From Promethearchaeota archaeon (GTDB lineage Archaea > Asgardarchaeota > Heimdallarchaeia > Hodarchaeales > Hodarchaeaceae), in the NCBI GenBank assembly GCA_048938105.1, contig JBHLMN010000016.1:32001-96000 (forward strand): 64,000 nt of DNA. The letters run 5' to 3'. Under the pieces are notes generated by a model that did no database searches, was not told the DNA's origin, and saw only the letters and a program-made list of their open reading frames with translations. This document shows, piece by piece, positions 28,407-39,298 of the stretch; position 1 is the stretch's first letter, and every line of letters begins with the position of its first letter. The position numbers and the translations under genes are program-made.

Positions 28407-28481
28407 TGGACCGAATGGGATTTGAACCCACGACCTCCTGATTGCAAGCCAGGCGCTACTTCCAGGCTGAGCTATCGGCCC
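28407..28481 (-). tRNA. tRNA-Ala(TGC)
   Basis: Intronless 75-nt cloverleaf, G3:U70 pair, loop CT-TGC-AA. Confidence 0.95.
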
Positions 28482-28524
28482 TAAATATCCAGAACGTTGA
28501 AGTTATTTTTTTCTTAAAAATTTT

Positions 28525-29091
28525 TCAATTTTCGTCGAGATGACGGTTTTTCCAAATTCTCTGAGGTTCCTGTTTAGATCTAAATCGTAATTGCTCTAGA
28601 TAACGATAAACAGTACCATGTTTCGATCCATGAACTAGCTGCATAATAGCTTCTCTTGCATTTTTGATTTCTGAAATCTCTCCAATGAGCGAAACCTGAT
28701 TACCGAAAATAGAAATCATTACTTCAGTACTTGTCTCTATCATCTTTCTTGCTTTTCCTTTCTCTCCAATAATTCGTGATTTTATTCTCTTAATCGTATT
28801 TTTCGATCCTTCTAGCTCAATGGTCTCTAGAAAGACATCATCGTCTAATAAATAGAAAGCTTTTTCCGCACTGAAACCTCTACCGATTGCTTTAACAATA
28901 TCGCGAGCCTTCCATACAACTGTAGGATCTGTCATATCTGAAGTTGATGATATATGAACTGAACCGTCTTCACTGTTGATTTTGATAGAAACACCAGTAA
29001 TAGACTCTATTTCTGATTTTACTTTCCCTTTTTTTCCAATCACTACCCCAATTCGACTTTTTGGAATTTTTAAGTGGCTTTCTATTACCAT
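28525..29091 (-). CDS. KH-domain pre-rRNA processing protein Dim2/Pno1
   Basis: RIGVVIGKKG, KAIGRGFS, RIIGEKG, GSKHGTVY. Confidence 0.93.
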   Translation of the reverse strand: MVIESHLKIPKSRIGVVIGKKGKVKSEIESITGVSIKINSEDGSVHISSTSDMTDPTVVWKARDIVKAIGRGFSAEKAFYLLDDDVFLETIELEGSKNTIKRIKSRIIGEKGKARKMIETSTEVMISIFGNQVSLIGEISEIKNAREAIMQLVHGSKHGTVYRYLEQLRFRSKQEPQRIWKNRHLDEN

Positions 29092-29135
29092 TCGGTCAAT
29101 TTCACCCTAAAACTTCTTCAGGTCTATTAATAGGT

Positions 29136-29966
29136 TTATAATATAAGATTTTTATCTGGAAAATTAATGGTTATTTCATTAAATAACTCTTTTTCGTTAG
29201 GAACCACCAATCCCTTCATTTTAAAGGACGATAGAACATTTTTCAGGTCTCGTTTTAGAAATTCTAAAGCCCTAGGATGCGAAATTAGAACACTTTGACT
29301 CATGTCAATGAAATAAGGAGTCTGATCTGCCATTATAACGTTGAATGGTGATAAATCAGCATGTACAAGGTCAGCACGTTGAAAAAGAAGTTTAATCTGA
29401 TTTATTATCTGGATTAATGTGGATTTTGTAAATGCTTTTGGTGTAAATTTTAATAATGGATATGGATTTCCTTCTTTTCCTAGGAGTTCCATCAGTAGAA
29501 TGTTGTTTTTTACTAAAATTGGCTTTGGAACATTAATTTTTGCCAAAGAGCTTCGCTGGAGATTACTATATTCCTTTTCAACCCAAAGATTTATGATGTG
29601 ACGGGTTTTTTTGCTATGCTTCTGAAACCTTTTGTCCCCATGAATATAACGGATAATTTGTTTGAAATTTAATGTGCTTGTACGAAATATCTTCACAACA
29701 ATAGGTGATTTTATTGAGTATGCTTCACAATATTCCATTCCTTTTGGTCCGAGTTCGGCCAGAAAAACACCAGATTCTTTTCCAGAGGCAATTGTTCCAG
29801 TAATTGAATCTATAAATCCTTTATTTTGCAGTTGTTTCAAGTATTTTGCAGTATTCAGATCAATCACTGCATCAACAGTCTGAAAATCTTCAGACCTCTT
29901 TTTTCTTTTCCGCCATCGATCCTCATTTAGGCCTATATTCCATATCTTCTTATCATTTGGTTTCAT
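29136..29966 (-). CDS. rio1: RIO1 serine/threonine kinase
   Basis: SGKESGV, KE..NL, VHADLS.FN, IDMSQS. Confidence 0.93.
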   Translation of the reverse strand: MKPNDKKIWNIGLNEDRWRKRKKRSEDFQTVDAVIDLNTAKYLKQLQNKGFIDSITGTIASGKESGVFLAELGPKGMEYCEAYSIKSPIVVKIFRTSTLNFKQIIRYIHGDKRFQKHSKKTRHIINLWVEKEYSNLQRSSLAKINVPKPILVKNNILLMELLGKEGNPYPLLKFTPKAFTKSTLIQIINQIKLLFQRADLVHADLSPFNVIMADQTPYFIDMSQSVLISHPRALEFLKRDLKNVLSSFKMKGLVVPNEKELFNEITINFPDKNLIL

Positions 29967-30618
29967 TCCTTGATGGCCTCAAATTAAGAATTAATTGTTT
30001 ACCAAAGTATTTTGATGTGATTCTTGATTGGATAGTTTCACAATTCGGGCATTCTAATCTATTTCGTCTTTTGTACTCTAATTCATGGCCACACTGGACA
30101 CAATAGGAAATTACTACACCCAATCCATCCCCAATTAAACTAATATAAACTGGTTTTATTGCTCTAATTATTCGAAATCTAAGCCAATCCCCTGGTCGAG
30201 CCACCTCGTACATATTCTTCACAAAACGTCGTGAAGCTTCCGAGATATGCAGCACAGCGCTGATAGGAATCGAAAGGTTTTCATTATTTAGGTGATATAT
30301 ATTAACTGATGCAATTTGTTTTTTCATGAATTCTACCCGTCCCAATCCAACATCACCATTCTTCACTGAACGGTGAGGGTGTTTTGGGATCACCGAGATT
30401 TTATGTTTTTTAGAATCCGTTACTACTTGACCGACGATTTTTGAATAAATGCTCCCATCTTGTTCATAACAGGTTTCATCTGGTAAGAATTCTTCTATTA
30501 CTGCAATCTTGTCACCTGGTAATACCCAATCATTGTTAACTTCAGATTTCTTGATATTATTCATCTTCATTCCTAATAGTTCTATCCAATATAGCTTTTT
30601 AATATGATTCGAGTACAA
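29953..30618 (-). CDS. csl4: exosome RNA-binding subunit Csl4
   Basis: VLPGD.IAVIEEF, S1 domain, C-terminal Zn ribbon; start probably internal. Confidence 0.88.
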   Translation of the reverse strand: MYSNHIKKLYWIELLGMKMNNIKKSEVNNDWVLPGDKIAVIEEFLPDETCYEQDGSIYSKIVGQVVTDSKKHKISVIPKHPHRSVKNGDVGLGRVEFMKKQIASVNIYHLNNENLSIPISAVLHISEASRRFVKNMYEVARPGDWLRFRIIRAIKPVYISLIGDGLGVVISYCVQCGHELEYKRRNRLECPNCETIQSRITSKYFGKQLILNLRPSRNETK

Positions 30619-30966
30619 AATCAGCGAAGTGATTTATAGAATCAGATTGACCATGAAGTCATCTCATATCTCTCTTTAGACCTCATTCATATCTTCTAAA
30701 AATGTGGAGCTAAAATATCAGAATCAAACGGTACAAAAAACGGTACAGAGGAGGTATTTCAATTGGGTATGGTCCTGAATGGAACCAGGGATCTCAGCTT
30801 GGAGAGAAGAATAACCAAAATATTATCGCCATCACTTATAATAAATATATGTAACAATTGGCAAAAAAAACAAAGCACGGGGGATATTGGTTGTTAAAAT
30901 AAATTAAGGTAAACTGTAAATTTACTATTTTTAATTTACTTTGGTTATTAGAGGAAATATTCGCTT

Positions 30967-31674
30967 TTATATTATTTCATTGATTCTATAGACATCAACA
31001 CGAACATAATGGCTCTTTTTTTTATGAAATCTAAATAATGGTGGAATCGGGAATTCTAAAGTTGCTAATATTTCACATGATTTATTATAAGATCGACTTA
31101 TCCTATTAATGAGCTTTCGTGATTCCTGATTTGATTTATGAATAGAAATTACTTTTTTAGAAAAAACCAAAGCTTTTTCCAAAAATACAACGTCAATGCC
31201 CCTACGCTTTGTGCCAAATGGTGGATTCATTATTGATAATTCATAAGAATTCTTCCAGGAATAGGTTTCGAGAAATTCAATAGCTGATATTAACAGCTCT
31301 ACTTCGAGCTTTTGCTCTTTAAAGAGCCTTTTCAAATCATATATGGTCTTAGAATCTACATCAACGCAGAGTAAATGTGTTGAAAAGAATTTTACTAGTG
31401 GTAAACTGATTCTCCCAGTACCTGACCCAAATTCAACAATTCTCTGATTTTTTAAATCTTTTTCTAAAGAAACTAGAATAAAAGCAATGAGCTGCGCTGG
31501 TAATGTATATTGTTCTAATTGTATTTTTCCTTTGTGAAATGAATTGATGGTATTTACATAATTAAATATATTTTTATACAAAGAAAATTCATCATGTGTC
31601 CAATTCACGGCCTTAGGAAATAATAATCTGAATTCAGTAGGAACCCATTTTTTCCCAGACATTCTTTCTATCAC
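30967..31674 (-). CDS. METTL5-family N6-adenine RNA methyltransferase
   Basis: LEQY, EFGSGTG, MNPPFG, FH. Confidence 0.88.
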   Translation of the reverse strand: MIERMSGKKWVPTEFRLLFPKAVNWTHDEFSLYKNIFNYVNTINSFHKGKIQLEQYTLPAQLIAFILVSLEKDLKNQRIVEFGSGTGRISLPLVKFFSTHLLCVDVDSKTIYDLKRLFKEQKLEVELLISAIEFLETYSWKNSYELSIMNPPFGTKRRGIDVVFLEKALVFSKKVISIHKSNQESRKLINRISRSYNKSCEILATLEFPIPPLFRFHKKKSHYVRVDVYRINEII

Positions 31675-31731
31675 ACATCAAAACAATATAAAACCGAGAA
31701 ATTATGGGCTTCTATCTAGAAATGATTAAAA

Positions 31732-32175
31732 CTACCGCATAGGTTTCTCTTTTTTTCCAGAGAGTAAAGCACTGAGGCTAACTCCATTTACATGAACAAC
31801 TTTATATCTCACGCCTGGTAAGTCACCTATGGCACCACCTTTTGCACCACCGATCCCTTCTATTATTATTTCATCATGCTCATCAATAAATAAAAGACCT
31901 CCATCGCCAGGAACAAAGGCAGTAACTTGTTTTCCATTTTTTATAAGTTGTACTCTTACACATTTTCTAATTGCAGAATTTGGTTGTTTAGATTCAATTC
32001 CTACTTTTTCGATAACAATTCCACGCGCTTGAGGAGCTCCTTCCAAAGGGTCGAATTTTTCCTTCAAACGGAGTACTTTTCTTTTATATATTGTACTCTT
32101 CCAACGAAACCTCTTTCGTTTCCGTAATAACTTGTTTGCGGCAAATTCTCCTCGTGGTGACTTTAATCCTGTCAT
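31732..32175 (-). CDS. rps12: 30S ribosomal protein uS12 (S12/S23e)
   Basis: [25 protein letters not shown]. Confidence 0.98.
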   Translation of the reverse strand: MTGLKSPRGEFAANKLLRKRKRFRWKSTIYKRKVLRLKEKFDPLEGAPQARGIVIEKVGIESKQPNSAIRKCVRVQLIKNGKQVTAFVPGDGGLLFIDEHDEIIIEGIGGAKGGAIGDLPGVRYKVVHVNGVSLSALLSGKKEKPMR

Positions 32176-32316
32176 ATTTCTTCGCCTAAATGAAATACTT
32201 CCTTAAGTTGAATCATCAAACAGTTTAAACTGATCTCTGACATAATTAATGATCTCTGATTCTTGTTTCGATTTTATATAAGTAAAGTTTTGCATTGGAA
32301 AACTGAATTTATTACA

Positions 32317-32757
32317 CTAAGGAGAGCTTTGAATAATTACGTTATTGACTCCAAAGTGTCTTTTCATTAAAAGTCGTGATCTTTGGATATTTCTACCATT
32401 TTTTCCTATTGCTTTACCCCTTTCTTTTGGAATGACTGTTACAACGACGGTTCTTTTTCCTGATTTTTCAATAATCTCTACATTCTTCGTTTTAGCAGGT
32501 GCGAGTGTATTTGCAGCAAAAATCTCTAAATTTTCAGAATATTCGACAATATCAATTTGCTTATGGAAATGTTCACGAAGACGCCTAATGGTTGTACCTC
32601 CACGACCTATTACTTTTCCTGTATCATTACGACGAACCACAAAAATCACTCTAGTTTCTGTTTTATCCCAAATACAATCAACAGCAAGCGCACCTGTAAG
32701 ACCTTCAAGAATGGAAATAAAGCGAAGCTCCTCCTGAGACATGCGAATATTCGACAA
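32317..32757 (-). CDS. nusA: archaeal NusA (two KH domains)
   Basis: GKVIGRGG, GKAIGKNGRNI; conserved position between rpl30e and rps12. Confidence 0.93.
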   Translation of the reverse strand: MSNIRMSQEELRFISILEGLTGALAVDCIWDKTETRVIFVVRRNDTGKVIGRGGTTIRRLREHFHKQIDIVEYSENLEIFAANTLAPAKTKNVEIIEKSGKRTVVVTVIPKERGKAIGKNGRNIQRSRLLMKRHFGVNNVIIQSSP

Positions 32758-32771
32758 TGAAAAACATCCTA

Positions 32772-33071
32772 TTAAAGATAGTCCAGTATTTTAGAATTTC
32801 CTGGGTCTAAAATCGCTATTGTAGAAACCATGTGAGGACGTCCACATATAGCACCTAGGTCGAGACCTGTTTTCTCATATTTTATAATAGGTATCTGAGA
32901 GAGTTCACAATTCCGTAATAAAATCTCTTTTGAATCTAATGGTAAGTTATTTGAAATAATTGTTGCTTTAACCTTACCGCTTAGAACACTTTTAATTGTG
33001 GCGTTATACCCTAATTTTACTTTTCCTGTACTTATAGCCATACTAATGGCTTTTTCCAACTCTTGTTTCAT
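32772..33071 (-). CDS. rpl30e: 50S ribosomal protein L30e
   Basis: TGKVKLG, LGAICGRPH.VS.IAILDPG.S. Confidence 0.96.
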   Translation of the reverse strand: MKQELEKAISMAISTGKVKLGYNATIKSVLSGKVKATIISNNLPLDSKEILLRNCELSQIPIIKYEKTGLDLGAICGRPHMVSTIAILDPGNSKILDYL

Positions 33072-33073
33072 GA

Positions 33074-35860
33074 TTATACATCTTTTATGCTTTTGTTATT
33101 ACGTTGATATCCAGACCACATGATGAGGTCAACCGTACCTGTCCCAAGGGGTATTATTTGGCCAATGATAACATTTTCAGTTATTCCACGAAGTTTATCT
33201 CGTTCACCTCGGGCAGCAGAATTCAATAAGTGTTTAACTGTTACCTCAAACGAGGCCCTTGCTAGGACACTTTCTTTCTCACCACTGATACCATGCCGTC
33301 CTATTTGACGTAAATTTCCATCTTGAGTCATAATATCCGCTACTAGCATTATATGGCGGATATCCACATCTAATCCTTGATCTTGTAACACTGCTGTAGC
33401 TTCATCGATTATAGCTTGTCTTGTAGCTTCAATTCCTAGGGTATCACGAATTTCCTGAATATGATTGGTTTTAATCCTTGTGGGATCCACACCAGGTATG
33501 CTTAAAACATCGGGAAGATTACTTCCCGCTGTAAAAAGAACCCACTCATCTAATTCCTGATCTTTTGATATGATGACTCGTGTAATCCCTTTCACCCCTT
33601 TTAATTTAAGATCCCTGATTTTTTCATTCAATTTATAGATGTCATCAATTGTTAGGTCTTTTGAGTCAATGATGATCTCATTATTCTTAATGTATACTTC
33701 CCCCTTTTTTAATCTTGATAGTTTTTCAACGATTAATTCAGCTGTCAAACCTTTATCTTTCATTAAAATGTCGTTTAATGTTACTTTTATTTGCATAAGT
33801 GCAAGATCTACTGTTATATCATCGCTTATTGATTCTATAGTAGATAATTCTATCCTTCGTTGAACTTCTTGAGCTTTTTCTTTTTCTTTTGAATAAGGTT
33901 CTTCAAGATAAACTGTCATAAAAGGAGAAGCAGGATTTTTTCGCGCGTCTAGAATCTCTATTAAGCGGGGTAAACCCAAGGTGACGTTTAATTCAGCAAC
34001 GCCTGCATAATGAAAGGTTTTCAAAGTATTGTGAGTAATTAATCCCTCAAATGTCATGAATGTCTCATATCCTTCTATAGTAAAATCATAAACAAATTCT
34101 GTTGGCGAAGATATTAATTCTAATTTTGTTATCTCGTCCCAGATGGTTCCACTATCATAAGCTTGGTGAAGAATTTGTAATTTCTCTTTCAACATTTCAT
34201 TTTCATCAGCAAACTTATAAAATTCTTCTAAGTATCTCCCAAGCGTTTGACGACCAATCAACTGATTTCTCGTATATTTTCTAATTGTTACACCCAAAGA
34301 AGATTTACTAGATATTCCTGACATCGATCTTAATTCTTTTAATAAATCTCCAAAACCTGGAATCATGTCTATTTTGTCATATGTGTGTTTTTCCATTTTC
34401 ATTTTTTCTTTTTCTTGGTCTACAAGATTGTTTAAGGATATAAGTTTGTGAGGAATGTCTGAACCAATAAATTTTTTAAAAATAGGCGAATATTTTCCAG
34501 GGATCCGAATAGAGAATAAACCTTTATTTGTCCTATGTTTAGATGCAAAAATCCCTAATCTAGATAATAACAGACACACACCATCTAATAATTCTTTAGA
34601 TTTAGAACTTACTCTGATTTGAGATTTCTCAACACTTATACTTCCATCACCATCAAAATAACCTCTTAATAGAGCGCCAATAAAGACTTTAGAAGTATTG
34701 ATACTCCAAAATGGGATATACTTATCTTTTGCTCCTTTTCCACACATCTTATCAAATAATCTACACAACAGAGTTGAATGTATATTTACACTTATACTAG
34801 GACCGTAATTTCCTTCCGATTCAACAGTTCGATAATTTATACCCAACTTATTTGCAAATAAAATAGCTTTCTCCCTGTAGTTTTCATCAACATTTGTTAT
34901 GGCTAAATAAGTTCCAGCATTGGTTCCTTCAGCTAGATAAGCTCCAATAAACCATCCAAAAAGGGGATCTAAAGGAAATTCTTCTGGGATCCTTGTGTGT
35001 CCACTATGTTGCATTTTAGGGTAAATAAAACCTGGTAGAAGTTTATCTCTTGCTCCTTTATCCAAAGCTTTTCGTAAAGCTTCACCTTTAACTGGCACTT
35101 TTGAAAAATCAATATGTTGTAACCAACTTCTACCCTTCAGATCACGCATTGTTGCGATTTGTGTAACTTCTGATCCATACCAAATTTCATTTTTTTCTAA
35201 ATACATATCTACTGGAAGACTTAGGATTGGATTAACTTCAGGTAAAGATTTGACAAGTGGAATACGATGACCAATACTCAGATATCTACCTGCTATTGGC
35301 ACAATTTCATTATCTCTACGAATTACAAATGAATGTGATAATGTTGCTGTTATTTCTCTCCCACTTCTGGTTGTTAGTTTTAGAAGTTGACCATTTGGTT
35401 TATGACGACTGACTTGTAACAATCTTTTCCAATGAATCTTTTCATCAAATCCAAGAGAAGGCACATATATGTTAGAACTTTCAGGGATATCACAGATAAT
35501 TGAGTTTTGATATTCATATGGTGATAATGTTGTAATCAACTCATCTACGAAATCACCTATCTCTATTATTCTTGAAATAGAATTTCTTTTCAAAATAACC
35601 TTTTCGTTCCCTGGGATACTCATTTGGGTTCCAGGTTCTCCTATTGATTGTGCTGCCACTGTTCCAATAGCTTCTCCTGGTTCGACAAGAGATCGTAAAT
35701 ATGCATCTTCAACAGAATCTAGAATTTTATTAACAGTTTGTTTACTTAAATTTGGTAGCTCTGATAGTTTACGAAAAATATCTTCTCGAATGCTTTTAGG
35801 GAAACTATCCTCTCTTTTATTGATTAGCTCAAAAAGCTTGTCATTTGACAGTTTTGGCAT
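33074..35860 (-). CDS. rpoA2: RNA polymerase subunit A'' (Rpo1C) containing an intein
   Basis: AQSIGEPGTQM|intein|TLKTFHYAG..GLPRLIEI; RHIMLVADIM; SVLARASFE. Confidence 0.97.
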   Translation of the reverse strand: MPKLSNDKLFELINKREDSFPKSIREDIFRKLSELPNLSKQTVNKILDSVEDAYLRSLVEPGEAIGTVAAQSIGEPGTQMSIPGNEKVILKRNSISRIIEIGDFVDELITTLSPYEYQNSIICDIPESSNIYVPSLGFDEKIHWKRLLQVSRHKPNGQLLKLTTRSGREITATLSHSFVIRRDNEIVPIAGRYLSIGHRIPLVKSLPEVNPILSLPVDMYLEKNEIWYGSEVTQIATMRDLKGRSWLQHIDFSKVPVKGEALRKALDKGARDKLLPGFIYPKMQHSGHTRIPEEFPLDPLFGWFIGAYLAEGTNAGTYLAITNVDENYREKAILFANKLGINYRTVESEGNYGPSISVNIHSTLLCRLFDKMCGKGAKDKYIPFWSINTSKVFIGALLRGYFDGDGSISVEKSQIRVSSKSKELLDGVCLLLSRLGIFASKHRTNKGLFSIRIPGKYSPIFKKFIGSDIPHKLISLNNLVDQEKEKMKMEKHTYDKIDMIPGFGDLLKELRSMSGISSKSSLGVTIRKYTRNQLIGRQTLGRYLEEFYKFADENEMLKEKLQILHQAYDSGTIWDEITKLELISSPTEFVYDFTIEGYETFMTFEGLITHNTLKTFHYAGVAELNVTLGLPRLIEILDARKNPASPFMTVYLEEPYSKEKEKAQEVQRRIELSTIESISDDITVDLALMQIKVTLNDILMKDKGLTAELIVEKLSRLKKGEVYIKNNEIIIDSKDLTIDDIYKLNEKIRDLKLKGVKGITRVIISKDQELDEWVLFTAGSNLPDVLSIPGVDPTRIKTNHIQEIRDTLGIEATRQAIIDEATAVLQDQGLDVDIRHIMLVADIMTQDGNLRQIGRHGISGEKESVLARASFEVTVKHLLNSAARGERDKLRGITENVIIGQIIPLGTGTVDLIMWSGYQRNNKSIKDV
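34028..35620 (-). mobile_element. intein (531 aa) with LAGLIDADG homing endonuclease in RpoA''
   Basis: Begins SIPGNE, ends VYDFTI...ITHN, +1 Thr; FIGAYLAEG and LLRGYFDGDGS motifs. Confidence 0.95.
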
Positions 35861-35872
35861 ACTACAAAACCC

Positions 35873-38578
35873 TCAATCTTCTTCTGTTGAAAGAACTTCT
35901 TCTATAATGGCATCGATGTCAACTGGCCTACCATGGTACGATTTCATTGGATCCACTCCATCTTCTCCATATCGTAATTGAACTACATCTCCTTCCGTTG
36001 TTCGGACTATTATATCGTAATTGACATGGAGATCTTGTAAGGCATTCACCAATCGTCTTTGGAGATATCCACTGGTTGAGGTTCGAACTGCCGTATCTAC
36101 TAATCCCTCACGCCCTCCTTGAGCATGGAAGAAAAATTCAGTAGGAGAGAGCCCTGTTCTATAATTGGACCTTACAAAACCTCGTGCAACAGGTCCAATG
36201 TCATTCTTTCTGAAATGAGGTAAGGATCTTTTACGATAACCTCTCAATATCCTTTCTCCCCGAATTGATTGTTGCCCAACACATGCAGCCATTTGGGCAA
36301 TATTGAGTTGAGTTCCTTTAGCCCCAGTTGAAGCCATAACCACCGCAGAATTTGAAATTCCCATGTAATCGTTCGCTACGCTACCTGCACTATCCCTAGC
36401 TTTGGCCAGAACACTCATAATACGCATTTCTAGAGTTTCTTCTAGAGATTTACCTGGAAGTGGTTCCAGTTCTCCTCTTTGATAAGCCTTAATTATTTCG
36501 TTTGCTGCTTTTTCATTCTCCGTGATTAATGCATTTATCCTCTTCTTGCCTTCCTCTGGCATATTGACGTTAGAAAACCCTAAACTAAATCCTTCATGTG
36601 AAAGAAATTCTAAAAGCATTTGAGTCAGAGAATCCAAGAATTCCCTAGCCCTGTCACTTCCGTGGTCTTTAACAACAACATGTAAAACACTCTCAGACTC
36701 ATCTGCACCTATTGCTCTTCTATCAATGACTCCAGAAAGTAACTGACCTGATCTGATATAGATTGAGCTATCATATTCGCAGAGTTCTCCCTTACAAACA
36801 TCATGTTTTCGACAAGTTCGAGATTTTGCGGTAACATTGACATCTGAAGGTAATAATAAACTAAAAACTTGTTTTCCAGTCCATAATTCATTGGGGTACG
36901 CAATTGCGGGTAAAGGTAGTTCTCTTTCATATTTTCCTGCAAGTAAAAGCTGCCAAACATCTTCTTTTGAGATTAATGTTTTCTTTCGGGTGAGTAAAAA
37001 CGAAGCAGAAACATAATCATGAAGGGCTCCAATAATAGGGCCACCATATCTAGGAGAAAGAATCTGTTCTTGGACTCTCATTAAGACACGGGTTTCTGCA
37101 CGAGCCTCTTCACTTTGGGGTACATGAAGATTCATTTCATCTCCATCAAAATCAGCGTTATATGGTGTACACACACATAAATGTAATCTAAAGGTCTTGA
37201 AGGGCATGACTCTAACTTCATGAGCCATAATTGACATACGATGAAGAGATGGTTGTCTGTTAAAGAGAACCATATCACCATCACGTAAGTGACGTTCTAC
37301 AATGAAACCTTGATCAATCATCTCTGCGGTGTTATTTAGGTCTCCAACAAATCTTAAATCAATTCTTTTACCGTCTGGTCTGATTATATAATTAGATCCT
37401 GTTTTAGAAACTCCTGTTTTCTCATTTATTTCTGGATTAGGACCATTCATTACTAATTCTTTCATTTCCTCAATGTTCCATTCCGTTACTCTCTCGGGAA
37501 CAGTTAAAATTTTAGCTATTTGTTCAGGTACCCCTACTTCATTTATAGAAATGTTGGGATCAGGAGAAACTACTGTCCTTGCAGAGAAGTCTACTCTTTT
37601 TCCAGACAAATTTCCTCGAAAACGACCTTCTTTTCCTCTCAATCTTTGAGTGAGTGTTCTTAATGCACGACCTGATCTGTGTCTTGCTGGGGGAATTCCT
37701 GCGACTTCATTATCCATAAAAGTTGTGACATGATATTGTAAAAGCTCCCACAAATCTTCTACAATGAGCTGTGGAGCTCCGGCTTCAATATTTTCTCTTA
37801 ACCTTTGATTAATCCTGATTATATCTACTAGTTTGTGTGTTAGATCATCTTCACTTCGTACACCTGATTCTAATGTTATCGAAGCACGAACAGATACAGG
37901 AGGTACTGGTAACACAGATAATATCATCCATTCTGGACGAGAATGGTTTGCATCAATACCTAAGAGGTTTAAATCCTGTGTTTGAATTCCTTCAAATCGT
38001 TTTTGAATTTCTGAAGGTGTAATTCGGACGGATCCTTCAGGCGTTTCTTCATAAAAGCTGGTTGGTTTTTCATACTTTATTTTAAACTGAGATTGGCTGC
38101 AATGAGGGCATTCTGATTTTTTCCTGGCTTCTTTAACTACTTCCTTAATTATCTCAGAAGTGGTCTTAATATCTTCTTCTTGAGCTGCTTTCTCTATCAT
38201 TCGCTGGTATTTTTTTATAGTAAGTGAATCTAATAAAATTCGTGAACATGCTCTACATGATGACCGAAGTAGCTTGTAAATAATGGATTTGGCGTATCCA
38301 ACATGGATGACTGGTCTTGCTAGTTCTATCATGCCAAAGTGTCCTGGACAATCTCCAACTTGATTTCCACAGGTTTTACAACGCTGTCCAGGTTCAATTG
38401 TGCCAAGTCGACGATCTATCAATCCCCCCTCAATAGGTGTCCCATCTTCGTTATAAGTATCAGCAGTAATAATTTTAGTAACTGCGATTTTTCTAATTTC
38501 ATCTGGTGAAAGAATTCCAAATTGAATTTGGTTAATTTTTTTTAGCTCAGGCGTCCACATCAGGTAGTCTCCCAGCAA
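35873..38578 (-). CDS. rpoA1: RNA polymerase subunit A' (Rpo1N)
   Basis: YNADFDGDEMN catalytic motif, GKRVDFSAR, NRQPSLHR. Confidence 0.99.
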   Translation of the reverse strand: MLGDYLMWTPELKKINQIQFGILSPDEIRKIAVTKIITADTYNEDGTPIEGGLIDRRLGTIEPGQRCKTCGNQVGDCPGHFGMIELARPVIHVGYAKSIIYKLLRSSCRACSRILLDSLTIKKYQRMIEKAAQEEDIKTTSEIIKEVVKEARKKSECPHCSQSQFKIKYEKPTSFYEETPEGSVRITPSEIQKRFEGIQTQDLNLLGIDANHSRPEWMILSVLPVPPVSVRASITLESGVRSEDDLTHKLVDIIRINQRLRENIEAGAPQLIVEDLWELLQYHVTTFMDNEVAGIPPARHRSGRALRTLTQRLRGKEGRFRGNLSGKRVDFSARTVVSPDPNISINEVGVPEQIAKILTVPERVTEWNIEEMKELVMNGPNPEINEKTGVSKTGSNYIIRPDGKRIDLRFVGDLNNTAEMIDQGFIVERHLRDGDMVLFNRQPSLHRMSIMAHEVRVMPFKTFRLHLCVCTPYNADFDGDEMNLHVPQSEEARAETRVLMRVQEQILSPRYGGPIIGALHDYVSASFLLTRKKTLISKEDVWQLLLAGKYERELPLPAIAYPNELWTGKQVFSLLLPSDVNVTAKSRTCRKHDVCKGELCEYDSSIYIRSGQLLSGVIDRRAIGADESESVLHVVVKDHGSDRAREFLDSLTQMLLEFLSHEGFSLGFSNVNMPEEGKKRINALITENEKAANEIIKAYQRGELEPLPGKSLEETLEMRIMSVLAKARDSAGSVANDYMGISNSAVVMASTGAKGTQLNIAQMAACVGQQSIRGERILRGYRKRSLPHFRKNDIGPVARGFVRSNYRTGLSPTEFFFHAQGGREGLVDTAVRTSTSGYLQRRLVNALQDLHVNYDIIVRTTEGDVVQLRYGEDGVDPMKSYHGRPVDIDAIIEEVLSTEED

Positions 38579-39298
38579 TATTCACAGCTAGAACATATTA
38601 CAGAATCTAGAGAAGATTAATGAGTTTTTCAGGAAAGGAATTGGCGAGGAATATGAGAATTGCTTAACTAAAGCGAATCACGAAAATGCTTATGTATTTT
38701 AACGCTAAAGGTTCCCGATTGAAATTGAGAGTTAGTGACTCAAAGGAAGGAAACAATGAGTTACTTATCTATCTTATGTCAACCATGTAACTTGATGAAA
38801 GCGTACTTAAAAGAAGAAGGCTGAATCAGATCTAAGATAAGCTGGTTAAACTTTTTAACCATGTTATAAATGTATTCGCTTTTAGGTGAGCTTTGTATTT
38901 GAATATTTTGGTTTAAAATTACCTGTAATCAATATAAATCCTTTTAATACGATATCAACAAATCTAATGGGTTCTATTCCTAAGATAAAAATTATAACTA
39001 ATCTCAAAATAATATTTTGAGATAAAATGGATGAGAATATTTTAGAAGAGACCATATAGAAACTAATTAGTTTTCTTTTTACAATTTTCTTCTCGTTCTA
39101 TCCCTCTCCAATTCTTTAGCTAGTCCAATTTTTCAATTATATCATTAGTATTTTCTCTCCCGACACTTTTAATGATATTGGGATTTTTTCTAGATTCTAA
39201 ATTAAATTAATATGGTATAATTACTGTCAAATAGATAATGTATTTATGTTCATATAAGATTATTTAGTTAAATATGACAGAATTAGGTGAAAGAATGA

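Noticed and set aside
30726-30747. Tandem AAACGGTACA direct repeat upstream of csl4
   Set aside because: Only two copies; it could be an operator, but nothing else supports that. Not a CRISPR array.
38716-38830. Possible second C/D RNA (ATGA-GTTAC...GTAAC-TTGATGA...CTGA)
   Set aside because: No convincing box C or terminal stem, and I could not match the guides to conserved rRNA or tRNA sequence.
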